Part shown: piece by piece, positions 1-9,236 of the stretch
How positions within the stretch are numbered: position 1 is the first letter of the stretch
Layout of the letters: every line of letters begins with the position of its first letter
Virus record (IMG/VR): IMGVR_UViG_3300002989_000038
Coordinates: 1-44,075 of that record
From: a virus
Lineage: Duplodnaviria; Caudoviricetes
Length of the DNA: 44,075 nt
Direction: 5' to 3' (one strand)
Notes under the pieces: model-generated
Database searches by the model: none
Seen by the model: only the letters and a program-made list of their open reading frames with translations
Told to the model about the DNA's origin: nothing
Made by a program: the position numbers and the translations under genes

Positions 1-11
1 CCGAGGGGGCA

Positions 12-41
12 GCCGGGGCGCAGGCAGGCCTGCGCCCCGGC
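12..41 (-). terminator. GC-rich hairpin just downstream of the Ig-repeat gene (possible terminator or REP-like element)
   Basis: Perfect 13-bp stem GCCGGGGCGCAGG / CCTGCGCCCCGGC with 4-nt loop, 6 nt past the stop; no U-tract visible before the window edge. Confidence 0.4.
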
Positions 42-47
42 CAAATA

Positions 48-2387
48 TTATGGAATGACTGCGACAGCTTTGGGGCTGGTTCCAACATTGATGGTGGCAA
101 GCACGCCGTTACTGTCACCAGCCGTACTGATGACCGAAACCGTATTGCTGCCGTTATTTACCACATAAATCCGGTTGCTTGACTCTTGAACCGCGATCCC
201 TTGCGGTCCCGATCCTACCTGGATCGGACTACCCGGTGAGGCGAGTTCCGTGTTAGTCGTAATGTTAATGACTGAGACGGTGCTATTGCCACTGTTTGAC
301 AGGTATGCCCTGTTCGTGGCTGCATTGACGGCGACCCCCTGATGGAAGGTCCCCACCGTTACCCCGGTAACCGCATTGGTGGCGGTGTTGATGACTGAGA
401 ATAGAGGGCTGAAACTATTGGCTACGTAGGCAAGGCTCGTCCCGGGATTCACGGCGATATCCTGAGGAGCCGATCCGACTGACAGGACGGAAGTGACAGT
501 GTTACTGAGGGCATCGATCACCGAAACCGTATTGTCACCGTTGTTGGTTACCAACACCTGACTAGTGGCAGTATTTACCGCGACTCCTTGGGGTCTGGTC
601 CCCACCGCGACTGTACCGACGACAGAATTGCTGGTGGTGTCGAGCACTGAGACAGTACCGCTGAAGCTGTTCGTGACATAGGCGCGATGTGATGCAGGAA
701 GTACCGCGACTCCCCAGGGTCCGCTCCCCACGCTGACTGTCGCCACCAAAGCGTTGGCGGTGATGTCGATAACAGATAGCGTTCCCGAGTTTAGGTTCGC
801 CACATACACGCGGTTGTTGGCGGTGTTGAGGGCAACGCCCTGGGGCCCCAGTCCCACGGGTATGGTCGCAACCGCCGTTAAGCTCAGGGTATCCAGGACG
901 GAAAGGGTATTACTCCCGGAATTGGTCACGTAGGCCCGGTTGGTCGGCGTGGTGACCGGAGTCGTGGAAACGGTTACCGTACTTGAACCGGAACTGTTGC
1001 CAACAGCAGCCGTGATGGTGGCTGAGCCGACAGCGAGACCGGTTATCAGTCCCTTGGTGCCGGAGAGATTGCTTACCGAGGCGACTGTCGGCGCGCTGGA
1101 ACTCCAGGAGACTGAATTGGTCAGGTCCTGGGTCGTATTGTCGCTGAAGGTGCCCGTGGCAACCAGGTGGAGGGTCGCACCGATGCCGAGCACTGCGCTT
1201 GCGGGAGTGACGGATAGCGAGCTTAGTGCTTTGACAGCCAGCGCAGCGGATCCTGAGACAGGCGAACCACCCGGGACAGGCAAGGTCGCGCTGATGACTG
1301 TCGTGCCGCTGGCAGAGTTGCCCGCAACTGCCAGTCCCCGCGACCCGGCCGCATTGCTGATGGTCGCAACGCCAGGTAGTGAGGAGCTCCAAGTGACCAG
1401 GTTGGTAAGATCAGCGGTAGTCCCGTCCGGAAAAGTTCCCGTTGCAGTGAACTGCTGCGTGCTACCGGCGAGTGCGGAGGCGCTGGCAGGCGTCACCGCA
1501 ATCGAGCTTGGTGCCAGGATAGTTAAAGGGATCGCTGTGGCCGGTACGCCCACATAGATTGCAGTTATGTTAGTTGAGCCGGGGGAGAGAGCGGTGGCAA
1601 GCCCGTTGGCGGCGATGCTGGCGATTGCCGGACTGGTCGAACTCCAGAGGGCCTTAGCAGTGAGGTCAGGAGTTGTGCCATCTGACAGGGTACCGATGGC
1701 CGTGAATTGCCGGCTCGCTCCCAGGTCCAGGTTCGGGTTTGGGTTGCTGCTACTGATCGCAAGCGATAATAGCGATGCGGTCGTCATGGTGGCGCTTCCC
1801 GAAGCCCCGCCAAAGCTTGCCGTTATCGTGGTGCTCCCCGTGCCGCCACCGGAGCCGACTGCCGTAGCCAACCCTTTCGATCCGGTCAGGTCGCTGACAG
1901 TGGCGACCGCGGGACTGGAGGAAATCCAGCTAGCGAAACCGGTCAGGTTTTGGGAGGTGCCATCCGAGAGGGTTCCCGTGGCACTGAACTGCTGGGCTGT
2001 GCCGACGATGATGACGCCCGTGGCGGGGGGAGTGATGGCGATGGACGCGACGTTTGCGACCTTGAGAGTGGCAGTGCCGGTAATTCCCGCTGTGCTTGCG
2101 GAAATCGCCGCGCTTCCGGCGCCCTGAGCGGTGGCCAACCCAAGGGAGCTGACAGTGGCGATGGACGTATTCGATGAACTCCAGGAAAGGGAGTCAGTCA
2201 GATCGACGGAACTGCCATCCGAATAGACTCCGCTTCCTCTGAACTGGGTCGTGGTGCCGGGGGCAATACTGATTGTTGACGGAGTAACAGTGATGGAAAC
2301 CAGAGTGACAGGATGGGACGATGAGCCTCCACCGCAGCCGCAAAGAAGTAATGCCAGAAACAGTGCAGCAGCAATGTGCTTGATCAT
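48..2387 (-). CDS. Surface lipoprotein with about five bacterial Ig-like (Big_2) repeats and a C-terminal YVTN beta-propeller (host gene)
   Basis: Lipobox-like LCGC after a hydrophobic leader; repeated 'SI.VTP...G.T.QF.A.GT.SDG...DLT...W.SS...VA.VS' units; multiple 'RAYVTN..S.T.SV.D...VG..P.GVAV' blades. Confidence 0.9.
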   Translation of the reverse strand: MIKHIAAALFLALLLCGCGGGSSSHPVTLVSITVTPSTISIAPGTTTQFRGSGVYSDGSSVDLTDSLSWSSSNTSIATVSSLGLATAQGAGSAAISASTAGITGTATLKVANVASIAITPPATGVIIVGTAQQFSATGTLSDGTSQNLTGFASWISSSPAVATVSDLTGSKGLATAVGSGGGTGSTTITASFGGASGSATMTTASLLSLAISSSNPNPNLDLGASRQFTAIGTLSDGTTPDLTAKALWSSTSPAIASIAANGLATALSPGSTNITAIYVGVPATAIPLTILAPSSIAVTPASASALAGSTQQFTATGTFPDGTTADLTNLVTWSSSLPGVATISNAAGSRGLAVAGNSASGTTVISATLPVPGGSPVSGSAALAVKALSSLSVTPASAVLGIGATLHLVATGTFSDNTTQDLTNSVSWSSSAPTVASVSNLSGTKGLITGLAVGSATITAAVGNSSGSSTVTVSTTPVTTPTNRAYVTNSGSNTLSVLDTLSLTAVATIPVGLGPQGVALNTANNRVYVANLNSGTLSVIDITANALVATVSVGSGPWGVAVLPASHRAYVTNSFSGTVSVLDTTSNSVVGTVAVGTRPQGVAVNTATSQVLVTNNGDNTVSVIDALSNTVTSVLSVGSAPQDIAVNPGTSLAYVANSFSPLFSVINTATNAVTGVTVGTFHQGVAVNAATNRAYLSNSGNSTVSVINITTNTELASPGSPIQVGSGPQGIAVQESSNRIYVVNNGSNTVSVISTAGDSNGVLATINVGTSPKAVAVIP

Positions 2388-2411
2388 GTGTTCTCTCCGA
2401 CTTACATTCAG

Positions 2412-2460
2412 ATGGTTTGAGTTAACTCACCATTAATACCTCCTCGTGGTAAATTGTCAA
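2412..2460 (-). promoter_or_regulatory. Sigma70-like promoter of the Ig-repeat gene with an overlapping palindromic operator candidate
   Basis: Minus strand TTGACA (2460-2455), 17 bp, ATTAAT (2437-2432); perfect palindrome TGAGTTAACTCA at 2418-2429. Confidence 0.55.
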
Positions 2461-2555
2461 GGTCAAGACCGATGACTGAGCCGCCCCGCTCTTCAGATTC
2501 AGACCGCTTCGGGGAACTTCCTGTTCGGTTCCGCCTGACAGGGCGCTCCCTAAAC

Positions 2556-2595
2556 AAAAAAAACCGGCCGCAGATAACTGCAGACCGGTTCTTTT
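2556..2595 (-). terminator. Rho-independent terminator, possibly bidirectional
   Basis: Imperfect stem AACCGGCCGCAG-ATAA-CTGCAGACCGGTT with A8 on one side (U8 on minus strand) and CTTTT on the other. Confidence 0.75.
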
Positions 2596-2780
2596 GAGAT
2601 GGATTTTTCAGCGCTGCTTAGTTTCAGGCACCGGCACTGTTCAGCAGATAGCGCCCTACCCAGTTTTTGGAAAACTAAGCCATTACTGTAAGCCACTGAT
2701 ATTAAATGATTTAGTTTATATGGCATAGATACTATTGGATACTCGGAAAGCCAAACAATATTGTTTTTTTAATTTATGCC

Positions 2781-2809
2781 TTGACATCAGATTACTTACC
2801 GCTCATAAC
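2781..2809 (+). promoter_or_regulatory. Putative sigma70 promoter of the GT2 moron
   Basis: TTGACA, 17 bp, CATAAC, preceded by an AT-rich UP-like tract. Confidence 0.5.
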
Positions 2810-2886
2810 GTGAAAGAGCCTGCCATCAACATGTAAGGTTGGTCATATATTAATTTCACTAATCCCTCAAGGGGAAGGAAAGCTTT

Positions 2887-3870
2887 ATGGAAAAAATGAA
2901 TGGAATATTATCGATTTGTATTCCTACATACAATCGTGCCGACAAACTAGCTTTGGGATTAGAATCTATTATAAGTCAAGTACACAATAAAAACATTCCC
3001 ATATACATCTCTGATAACAATTCATCGGATAATACTCGTGAAGTAGTTAGTACAATGAAACAAAAATATAAATATATCTTTTACACGTGCAACGAAACAA
3101 ATATGGGACCAGACTACAATTTTGAAAAAGTATTAAAGTATTCTTTAAGTACTTATTCATGGCTATTGAGTGACGACGACTTAATTATTAATGACGGTAT
3201 TGATTTAGTTCTTCAGTCAATAATCTCGGACCATGACTTAATTATAGTAAATGCAAAACAAGGCTTTAATGGTGCTGAAGCAAAGACAAGAGTACATCAC
3301 ACCCCTGATTTTTTATATACTGATAAAAATAAACTGCTCATTGATCTGGGATGGCATGCTACATGGATGAGTTGCCTGATATTCAGTAAAAAAATAATTG
3401 ATAATGGCAATTTCAAGAGATATAACAACACTTTATTTATACATTTTGGGACCATATTTGACTACTTAGGTCATCAAGATAAAATAAACGTTCTGTGGCT
3501 AAACGAACCTATAGTTAGCTATGCTAAAAATTCAGTTGCAGGCTACGACGAATCAAATTATATCGATATTTTCATAAAACATTGGTCAAATGTTGTAATG
3601 TTATTACCGGGTAGCTACACTAAAGAAGCAAAATCCTTATGCATTAAAAAACACGCTATTAGTCTTAATACTTTTAACTCAAGATACTTTTTATCATCCA
3701 GAGTGAAAGGTAATCTTAATATTAATATCTTTAAAGAATACTACCCATTTCTGAGAGTTGCTGCTACAGCTCCAATGCCTTTCATCTTTACATTTTGTCT
3801 ACTACCTAGATTGCTGTGTAAATGGGTTGAAATATCTTATAGCCGTCTTTATAAAATACTTCATGCATAA
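2887..3870 (+). CDS. Glycosyltransferase family 2 (moron; possible LPS/O-antigen modifier)
   Basis: 'LSICIPTYNRA', 'ISDNNSSDNT', 'WLLSDDD' GT-A motifs; very AT-rich; opposite strand to the phage genes. Confidence 0.9.
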   Translation: MEKMNGILSICIPTYNRADKLALGLESIISQVHNKNIPIYISDNNSSDNTREVVSTMKQKYKYIFYTCNETNMGPDYNFEKVLKYSLSTYSWLLSDDDLIINDGIDLVLQSIISDHDLIIVNAKQGFNGAEAKTRVHHTPDFLYTDKNKLLIDLGWHATWMSCLIFSKKIIDNGNFKRYNNTLFIHFGTIFDYLGHQDKINVLWLNEPIVSYAKNSVAGYDESNYIDIFIKHWSNVVMLLPGSYTKEAKSLCIKKHAISLNTFNSRYFLSSRVKGNLNINIFKEYYPFLRVAATAPMPFIFTFCLLPRLLCKWVEISYSRLYKILHA

Positions 3871-3884
3871 CAAGGACTAAGCCC

Positions 3885-4122
3885 CTATGCTTTTCTGTCC
3901 CCTTCATCGATTTCGCCCCTAAACAAAATCTTAAGAAAGATCACCCGCCAGCCTACTGCATATAGTGGATGCCATTGGGTTACGATCCCCGTCTGTGATT
4001 CATGCAGAAAACGAGGGATCAGGGTACATACTCGGCACTTCCGGGCCAATATATCTACCGTGCATATACCACATGCTGATAGCGTAAACGATGCAGTTCC
4101 CGTATCTCGTGGATAGCTCCAT
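3885..4122 (-). pseudogene. Frameshifted small phage protein
   Basis: ATG at 4122 abuts the upstream TAG; frame 1 MELSTRYGNCIVYAISMWYMHGRY continues in the +1 frame as ILARKCRV...LFRGEIDEGDRKA; junction lies in an (AT)n run at about 4048-4056. Confidence 0.5.
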
Positions 4123-5781
4123 CTAAAATAGCTTATACTTCTCGTAATCCCCCCAGTAAGGGATTCCCGGCACCGTTTCCGAGGTATAGATGTCGCAGTG
4201 CGAAGTAAACCCTTTCCGCGTATTGATGTGAATTGAGGGGTGCTGGCTGCTCCAGGTTGCATGTGGGCCCTTCGGCTCCAGGACGTCGTGGGTTGTACTC
4301 CTGGATATGAAGTGAACCATCATCTGCTCGAAATGCGCAATAGCCTCGTCAAACCGCATGGTCATTTCATGGAGCGGCTTTTGCCCTGGACTGCTTTGCT
4401 TCTGCCAGCCCACAGCACAGATCCCTTCGTAATTCTCGTTGTTCATCACACCCGTCCCGAACTCTGGAAAGTCGAAGTAACCCTCGGGGTAGAGCACATC
4501 GTGCTCCAGGAAACTCACGTAATCATATGCCCCGCAATCTCTCGCCAGGTATAGCGCCTGAAGGATCTGCACGTTTATGTTAAGGTGCGTCGAGTTTGTC
4601 GCCATGGCGATCACTTCGGGGAACGGGTTATTGGGTATGGAGTACCATGGGCAAGTGATGATGTCGGCTTTGTCCTCCAGGAGCTTTATCCTGCCCAAAA
4701 CGGTTTCGAGCAGGGCCGGTTGCCCGTTGTTGGTGTAAAATATGCCGAGCTTGTTCTTGGTGGAAGCGGGCACTCTTAATATCCCATGTTCGCCGACCGT
4801 ATGCGTTGATACCACTCCGTCTACTTTGTAGCTGAGTATTAACTCTTTCCGGACTCCCGGACAGGGATCCCCACCGAGGTGCTCATTCCGGACCGGAAGA
4901 ATCAAGGTAGCTCCGATGCATTTCTCCCTGACCAGGTTTGTGACATCAACTCCGCCGTACTCCGCGGTTAAAATTTCCAGCCCCATCGGTGACTCCTGGA
5001 TCAAGTATGGTTTAATTTTATCGGCTCCGAAATGCTCAATGAGCGGTGCGAGATCTAGCCCCAACTCCTGGAACCCTATGGTGTAGTTGCGCGTGCGGTC
5101 CGCGTAATCGCAAGGGTAGGGGATATCCCCGTTGCTGACCTTGAAGAGGTGTACCCAGGACAAGAAAGGCAGGCACAGTACCTCCCTTCCGGCCTGCCGA
5201 AATTTGGTGTGAATATAGCCTTCCTCCCCGCCGAATCCGCGAAACTCCGGGTTGAACCCAAGCCAGGCGTCTTTTCTGCAGCCGAAAAGCCCGAGGCCAT
5301 GCATCAAAATTGGATAAGGATCAGCATCAGGATCCACCTTCGCGCCTCTCCAGACTCCCCACATGCCGTTACCCCATTGATCGCTGAGTGCGTCGGCCTG
5401 ATTAGTAAGGTCATCGTAGGTGAGAGGACCTTGGAGTAAGTCCATACATCCCTGGTTGGCACCTACCCACTCTTTAAATCTGGCTACTGCTCCAGGGGAT
5501 AGGAGGACGTGCGGATCAATGCAGATGACCCACTCAGCGGTAGCCTCGCTGAAAATTAAATCACGAGGGGCCGCGGTACCTTGCTTTTCCGTATAACGGA
5601 TGTATCTTGCCACGCCGAAGGCAGCTCCTTCGACAAAGCTCTTAAGGTGGTCATCGCCATAGTTATCGATGATCAATATTTCTACGTCGGAGAGGTCCTG
5701 GTATAGCCTTAGGGATTGGACGGTGAACCAAACCTCAGCTCGATTATTGTAACTCGCCATCCCGATTGTTAACCTAGGCAT
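4123..5781 (-). CDS. Multidomain glycosyltransferase: GT-A (GT2/GT27-like) + SUEL/DUF3395-like lectin domain + second GT-A-like domain
   Basis: 'LTIGMASYN', 'IIDN', 'CIDPH', 'GLFG', 'GFGGEE'; middle 'LEILTAEYG..DVT...GGDPCPGVRKEL.LSY'; C-terminal 'YVSFLEHDVLY'; overlaps the upstream gene by 13 nt. Confidence 0.8.
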   Translation of the reverse strand: MPRLTIGMASYNNRAEVWFTVQSLRLYQDLSDVEILIIDNYGDDHLKSFVEGAAFGVARYIRYTEKQGTAAPRDLIFSEATAEWVICIDPHVLLSPGAVARFKEWVGANQGCMDLLQGPLTYDDLTNQADALSDQWGNGMWGVWRGAKVDPDADPYPILMHGLGLFGCRKDAWLGFNPEFRGFGGEEGYIHTKFRQAGREVLCLPFLSWVHLFKVSNGDIPYPCDYADRTRNYTIGFQELGLDLAPLIEHFGADKIKPYLIQESPMGLEILTAEYGGVDVTNLVREKCIGATLILPVRNEHLGGDPCPGVRKELILSYKVDGVVSTHTVGEHGILRVPASTKNKLGIFYTNNGQPALLETVLGRIKLLEDKADIITCPWYSIPNNPFPEVIAMATNSTHLNINVQILQALYLARDCGAYDYVSFLEHDVLYPEGYFDFPEFGTGVMNNENYEGICAVGWQKQSSPGQKPLHEMTMRFDEAIAHFEQMMVHFISRSTTHDVLEPKGPHATWSSQHPSIHINTRKGFTSHCDIYTSETVPGIPYWGDYEKYKLF

Positions 5782-8700
5782 TTTACCCCCCGGCTGGTAT
5801 TGATCTCGATAGGGCCAAAATCCCTTAAGGCTACGGCCACAACTCCGCTTGATGTTAGAATTTCTAGCGCACCTCCGGTGAATACCGGAATTTGGGTAGT
5901 GAAGCTACCTAGGCTGATCTCGACATATGGCGGCGGAGCGGCTGTCGTTGTCGTTGTTGTTGGCCTCGCCGTAGTCGTAGTCGGCCGAGCCGTAGTCGTC
6001 GTGGGGATCGCCGTGGTAGTCGTCGGAGGCGGTACCGATGTTGAGGTAGTCGGTGCGGCCGTGCTCGTAGTCGTTGCAGGGCCAGCCGTAGTCGTCCCGG
6101 TATTGCTGAAGTTGCTAAAGGTCACCGACGAGCGGGGCGCAGTCGGGGCGCCTGTTGTCGTGGGGGTTGCGATAGTCGTGGTAGTAGTCGTGGTCGGCAT
6201 TGCCGTAGTGGTAATTGGTGCAAAAGGGGTCGCCGAGACGATATCGCTGTAGCTGTCACCGTAAGCATTGACTGCCACCACGAAGATATGCCACGAGACG
6301 CCGTTGTTCAGCCCGGTGATGGTGAAAGGGAGGCCCGAGATCACATTCCCAAGATCATTCATGGCCCAATAAACATCAGGGTCGTTGGACCAATCGGCAC
6401 GCCATGAAGTAGCCCCTACGCCGCCCGAAAGAAGACTGACGGTTATACTTCCATTGCCTGGCACCAGGGCGATCTGTGGGACTGTTGGTTTAATGGGAGC
6501 TACTGTGGTGGTGGTGGGCACTGGGATTATCACCGTGTAAACAGAACTAGCGGGTGATTCTGTCCCGGTATTATTTACGCCTGTGAATGCAGTGAAAATG
6601 AATTTATACGTTACCCCCTGAAGGAAACCGCCACCAACGGTGGCTCCTGTTACGTCACTCATAGAAGTGTAAAAATGAGATAGTGAGGGTGTGGAACCAT
6701 CTATTGTAAAATAAGCTTTATAACTCAAAGCGCCTTGGTACGTCCCTGGATTGAGTGCAATACCTTGAGTACCTGAAGGAGTAGCACTTCCCCCAGTAGG
6801 ACCAGGTGCATTCAGGGTCGTAATGCTGAAAACGGCTGAAGCGGTCCCCACGGTTAACGTGAAGCTTGACGTCGTACTATAGCTGCCTGATGCGGTTGCC
6901 CGCATGATGATGCTGTCGCCGTTATTGACCATACCGAGGCCAATCCAGCTCCCGCTGTTATTCACCTGGAAAGCTGCTATACCCGCAGTAACTAATGTGG
7001 GTGTATTGATGCCTGTGATTATGACCGAGTTACTGAACTGCACCGACGATAAGGCTGCCCCGGTTATCGGGGTGAAACTGAAAGCATCCGGAGTCGAGTC
7101 GGGGCCAGGTGTTGTCGTCGGTGCTGTGGTCGTTGTCGTCGGTGCTGCAGTCGTTGTCGTCCCGGGAATAGCGGTAGTCGTCGTGACTCCAGGGGCAGCA
7201 GTAGTCGTTGTACCGGGAGCTGCTGTGGTTGTCGAACCCGGAGCTGCGGTAGTGGTGGCAGGGGCGGCCGTCGTTGTGGTGGTAGAAGTCGGGCCCGGCA
7301 TTATTGTCGTCGACGTTGATGCCGAATTTATGACCAAGTTTCCAGTATTTTCGTCCCAGGATACCGTAGAGCCGTTTGAGTAGGTAAGGAGCGTACTAAA
7401 ACCCGTGTTGAACCCATTGGTAATAGTGCGGGTTGGGACCTCCTTGGGGAGCATGTCCCATTGCTGCATCAGACTTAAAAGGGTAGGCTCGGCAGTCTGA
7501 AACGCGCTAGTAAATGAAGAGTTCGACGCCGCTGGAGTTGGAAATGTCCCGTACATATAATAAATCTCAGGGCGTCCATACCCCATCATCATTTTGATCT
7601 GCTCAATCAGTGCTGAACTCGTCGTAATGGTGGATGTCCATATATCATGACCGTTGGCATCTGTATCTATTACGCAATTCGGGGCATGAACTATCCCTAC
7701 TTTGTACTTTTTCTTAAATACGGCCTGCCATCCCGCAAAAAAATCCATTTGGTCATTTGTTCTGACCGAGTCAACATAGGGGGCGAAGTAAGGCTGATGT
7801 GCCTCTATAAAAAAATCAGGTTTCAACGTTTGCATCTTATTGTAAAAGACGGCCATCGCCATAAAAGTCTCAGCCATGTTCCCGTACATAAAATCGATCC
7901 GAGCATACTCAAACCCCAGATTGTACAGTTGTGTCGCGACTGACTCTATCGCTAGCCTTCCCGCCGGGGTGGTAGGATCGTAAGCTGCATACTGGCCCTT
8001 ATCAATTGTCGCATATCCACCAGCGTGCAGTCCGTGGGCCTTAATATACTGGACAACAGATTGGCCAGTACCGGCAAAATTTGCCATGTTCGCGGTTATG
8101 CCATCCGGTGCAGAAAGACCACCGTTAGTGAAGTTCCAACTACCAATAGCGTCAAACCAGCCGTAATCAACCTCAAAAAGGCTAACAGGATAATTTTGAG
8201 ACTGAATGACTGATATCCTATTTTCTATTTCTCCAGGGAGGTAGTACCAGACCCCAGAACCTGCTACAGTCCCATAATGCTGCACGGAATAATGGGGGAT
8301 GCGATACTGCCAAGCGGGTCGAACCTTAGGTGTCATATTGCGGGACACCCATTTATTATATTCAAGTTCCCCCTGCCACGAAGGAACAGTAGTTACAGCA
8401 AATCCTGCCGTAATTTTATCTACTCTTGCGCTGATTAAGGTACTGGCTGCGTAGAACTGATAAGCCTTATTGTAAAGAGCGAATAATTCACTAGTCATAT
8501 CATAATTGATGACCGCAGGATCGACATAGGGGCCAAGTCCTGAATACTGCCCCGATGCGTAAGGACCACCCCAGAAACGACCCACGGACGCGACATTGCA
8601 GGGTGATTGCCACGATCCGGTGTTATTCGCCCATTCTGATTGAACGTTGTTATCAAAACTTTTCGAAAGCGTAAAGTATTGAGTCGCTGTGACCGGGTAG

Positions 8701-9116
8701 GTAAGCTCAGTGTAAGTCTGAGCAAAAGTTAGAATTTCCGAACCCACAGATACTATCTTCCCTTCAAAAAGCTCCTTCCCCTCATAGAACCTTAGCCGGA
8801 CCGTTACCGGCTGAGTGGCGCCTCCGTCGGAAACCCCGTAAAGCAAATTTAGGTTGAGGTCTAAATACGCGCCGTACCCGTCTGACCCGAGGCTCGACGT
8901 AGCGCCCAAAAACTGCACCGGTCGTGTAAAGATTGCCCCCCCCGCGGTTTGATGCCTTAGAAATCCGCTTTTCGGGATAGAGAGGACACCCGGCACGCTC
9001 AGCACCGCCTGGGCGTCGTTGCCCGAAATAACGGAGTTGAGCGCGTCTTTGCTTATCGTTAGTGGATGCGTCCACCCCGACAGAGTTATATTACTGGTCG
9101 TCTCAGTGACATTCAT
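5769..9116 (-). CDS. Large accessory/tail-associated protein: clan-D (GH27/GH36-like) glycoside hydrolase barrel, Thr-rich mucin-like linkers, Fn3/Ig-like domains
   Basis: 'FEVDYGWF', 'GLHAGGY', 'GFEYARIDF', 'VRTND' motifs; PTTTT/TTTAAP tracts; 'PGNGSITVS...ITGLNNG..W.I.V.AVNAYG' Fn3. Confidence 0.65.
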   Translation of the reverse strand: MNVTETTSNITLSGWTHPLTISKDALNSVISGNDAQAVLSVPGVLSIPKSGFLRHQTAGGAIFTRPVQFLGATSSLGSDGYGAYLDLNLNLLYGVSDGGATQPVTVRLRFYEGKELFEGKIVSVGSEILTFAQTYTELTYPVTATQYFTLSKSFDNNVQSEWANNTGSWQSPCNVASVGRFWGGPYASGQYSGLGPYVDPAVINYDMTSELFALYNKAYQFYAASTLISARVDKITAGFAVTTVPSWQGELEYNKWVSRNMTPKVRPAWQYRIPHYSVQHYGTVAGSGVWYYLPGEIENRISVIQSQNYPVSLFEVDYGWFDAIGSWNFTNGGLSAPDGITANMANFAGTGQSVVQYIKAHGLHAGGYATIDKGQYAAYDPTTPAGRLAIESVATQLYNLGFEYARIDFMYGNMAETFMAMAVFYNKMQTLKPDFFIEAHQPYFAPYVDSVRTNDQMDFFAGWQAVFKKKYKVGIVHAPNCVIDTDANGHDIWTSTITTSSALIEQIKMMMGYGRPEIYYMYGTFPTPAASNSSFTSAFQTAEPTLLSLMQQWDMLPKEVPTRTITNGFNTGFSTLLTYSNGSTVSWDENTGNLVINSASTSTTIMPGPTSTTTTTAAPATTTAAPGSTTTAAPGTTTTAAPGVTTTTAIPGTTTTAAPTTTTTAPTTTPGPDSTPDAFSFTPITGAALSSVQFSNSVIITGINTPTLVTAGIAAFQVNNSGSWIGLGMVNNGDSIIMRATASGSYSTTSSFTLTVGTASAVFSITTLNAPGPTGGSATPSGTQGIALNPGTYQGALSYKAYFTIDGSTPSLSHFYTSMSDVTGATVGGGFLQGVTYKFIFTAFTGVNNTGTESPASSVYTVIIPVPTTTTVAPIKPTVPQIALVPGNGSITVSLLSGGVGATSWRADWSNDPDVYWAMNDLGNVISGLPFTITGLNNGVSWHIFVVAVNAYGDSYSDIVSATPFAPITTTAMPTTTTTTTIATPTTTGAPTAPRSSVTFSNFSNTGTTTAGPATTTSTAAPTTSTSVPPPTTTTAIPTTTTARPTTTTARPTTTTTTAAPPPYVEISLGSFTTQIPVFTGGALEILTSSGVVAVALRDFGPIEINTSRGVKCLG

Positions 9117-9236
9117 AAATTTCCCGTATACCTCGGTTAGAGCGGGGTTTACTCGGCTTGAGCAAGAGCACAGGACAGTAAGCGCCAGGGGCGCAAACTA
9201 TCCTCGAATTGTAAAGCATATTCTTAACTTCCCCAT

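Noticed and set aside
2556-2680. Riboswitch upstream of the Ig-repeat gene
   Set aside because: No recognisable aptamer motif, and a separate promoter lies downstream of the terminator
2795-2825. tRNA-Met-like fragment (CTCATAAC) as an att site
   Set aside because: No cloverleaf, T-arm or CCA; better explained as the -10 region of the GT2 promoter
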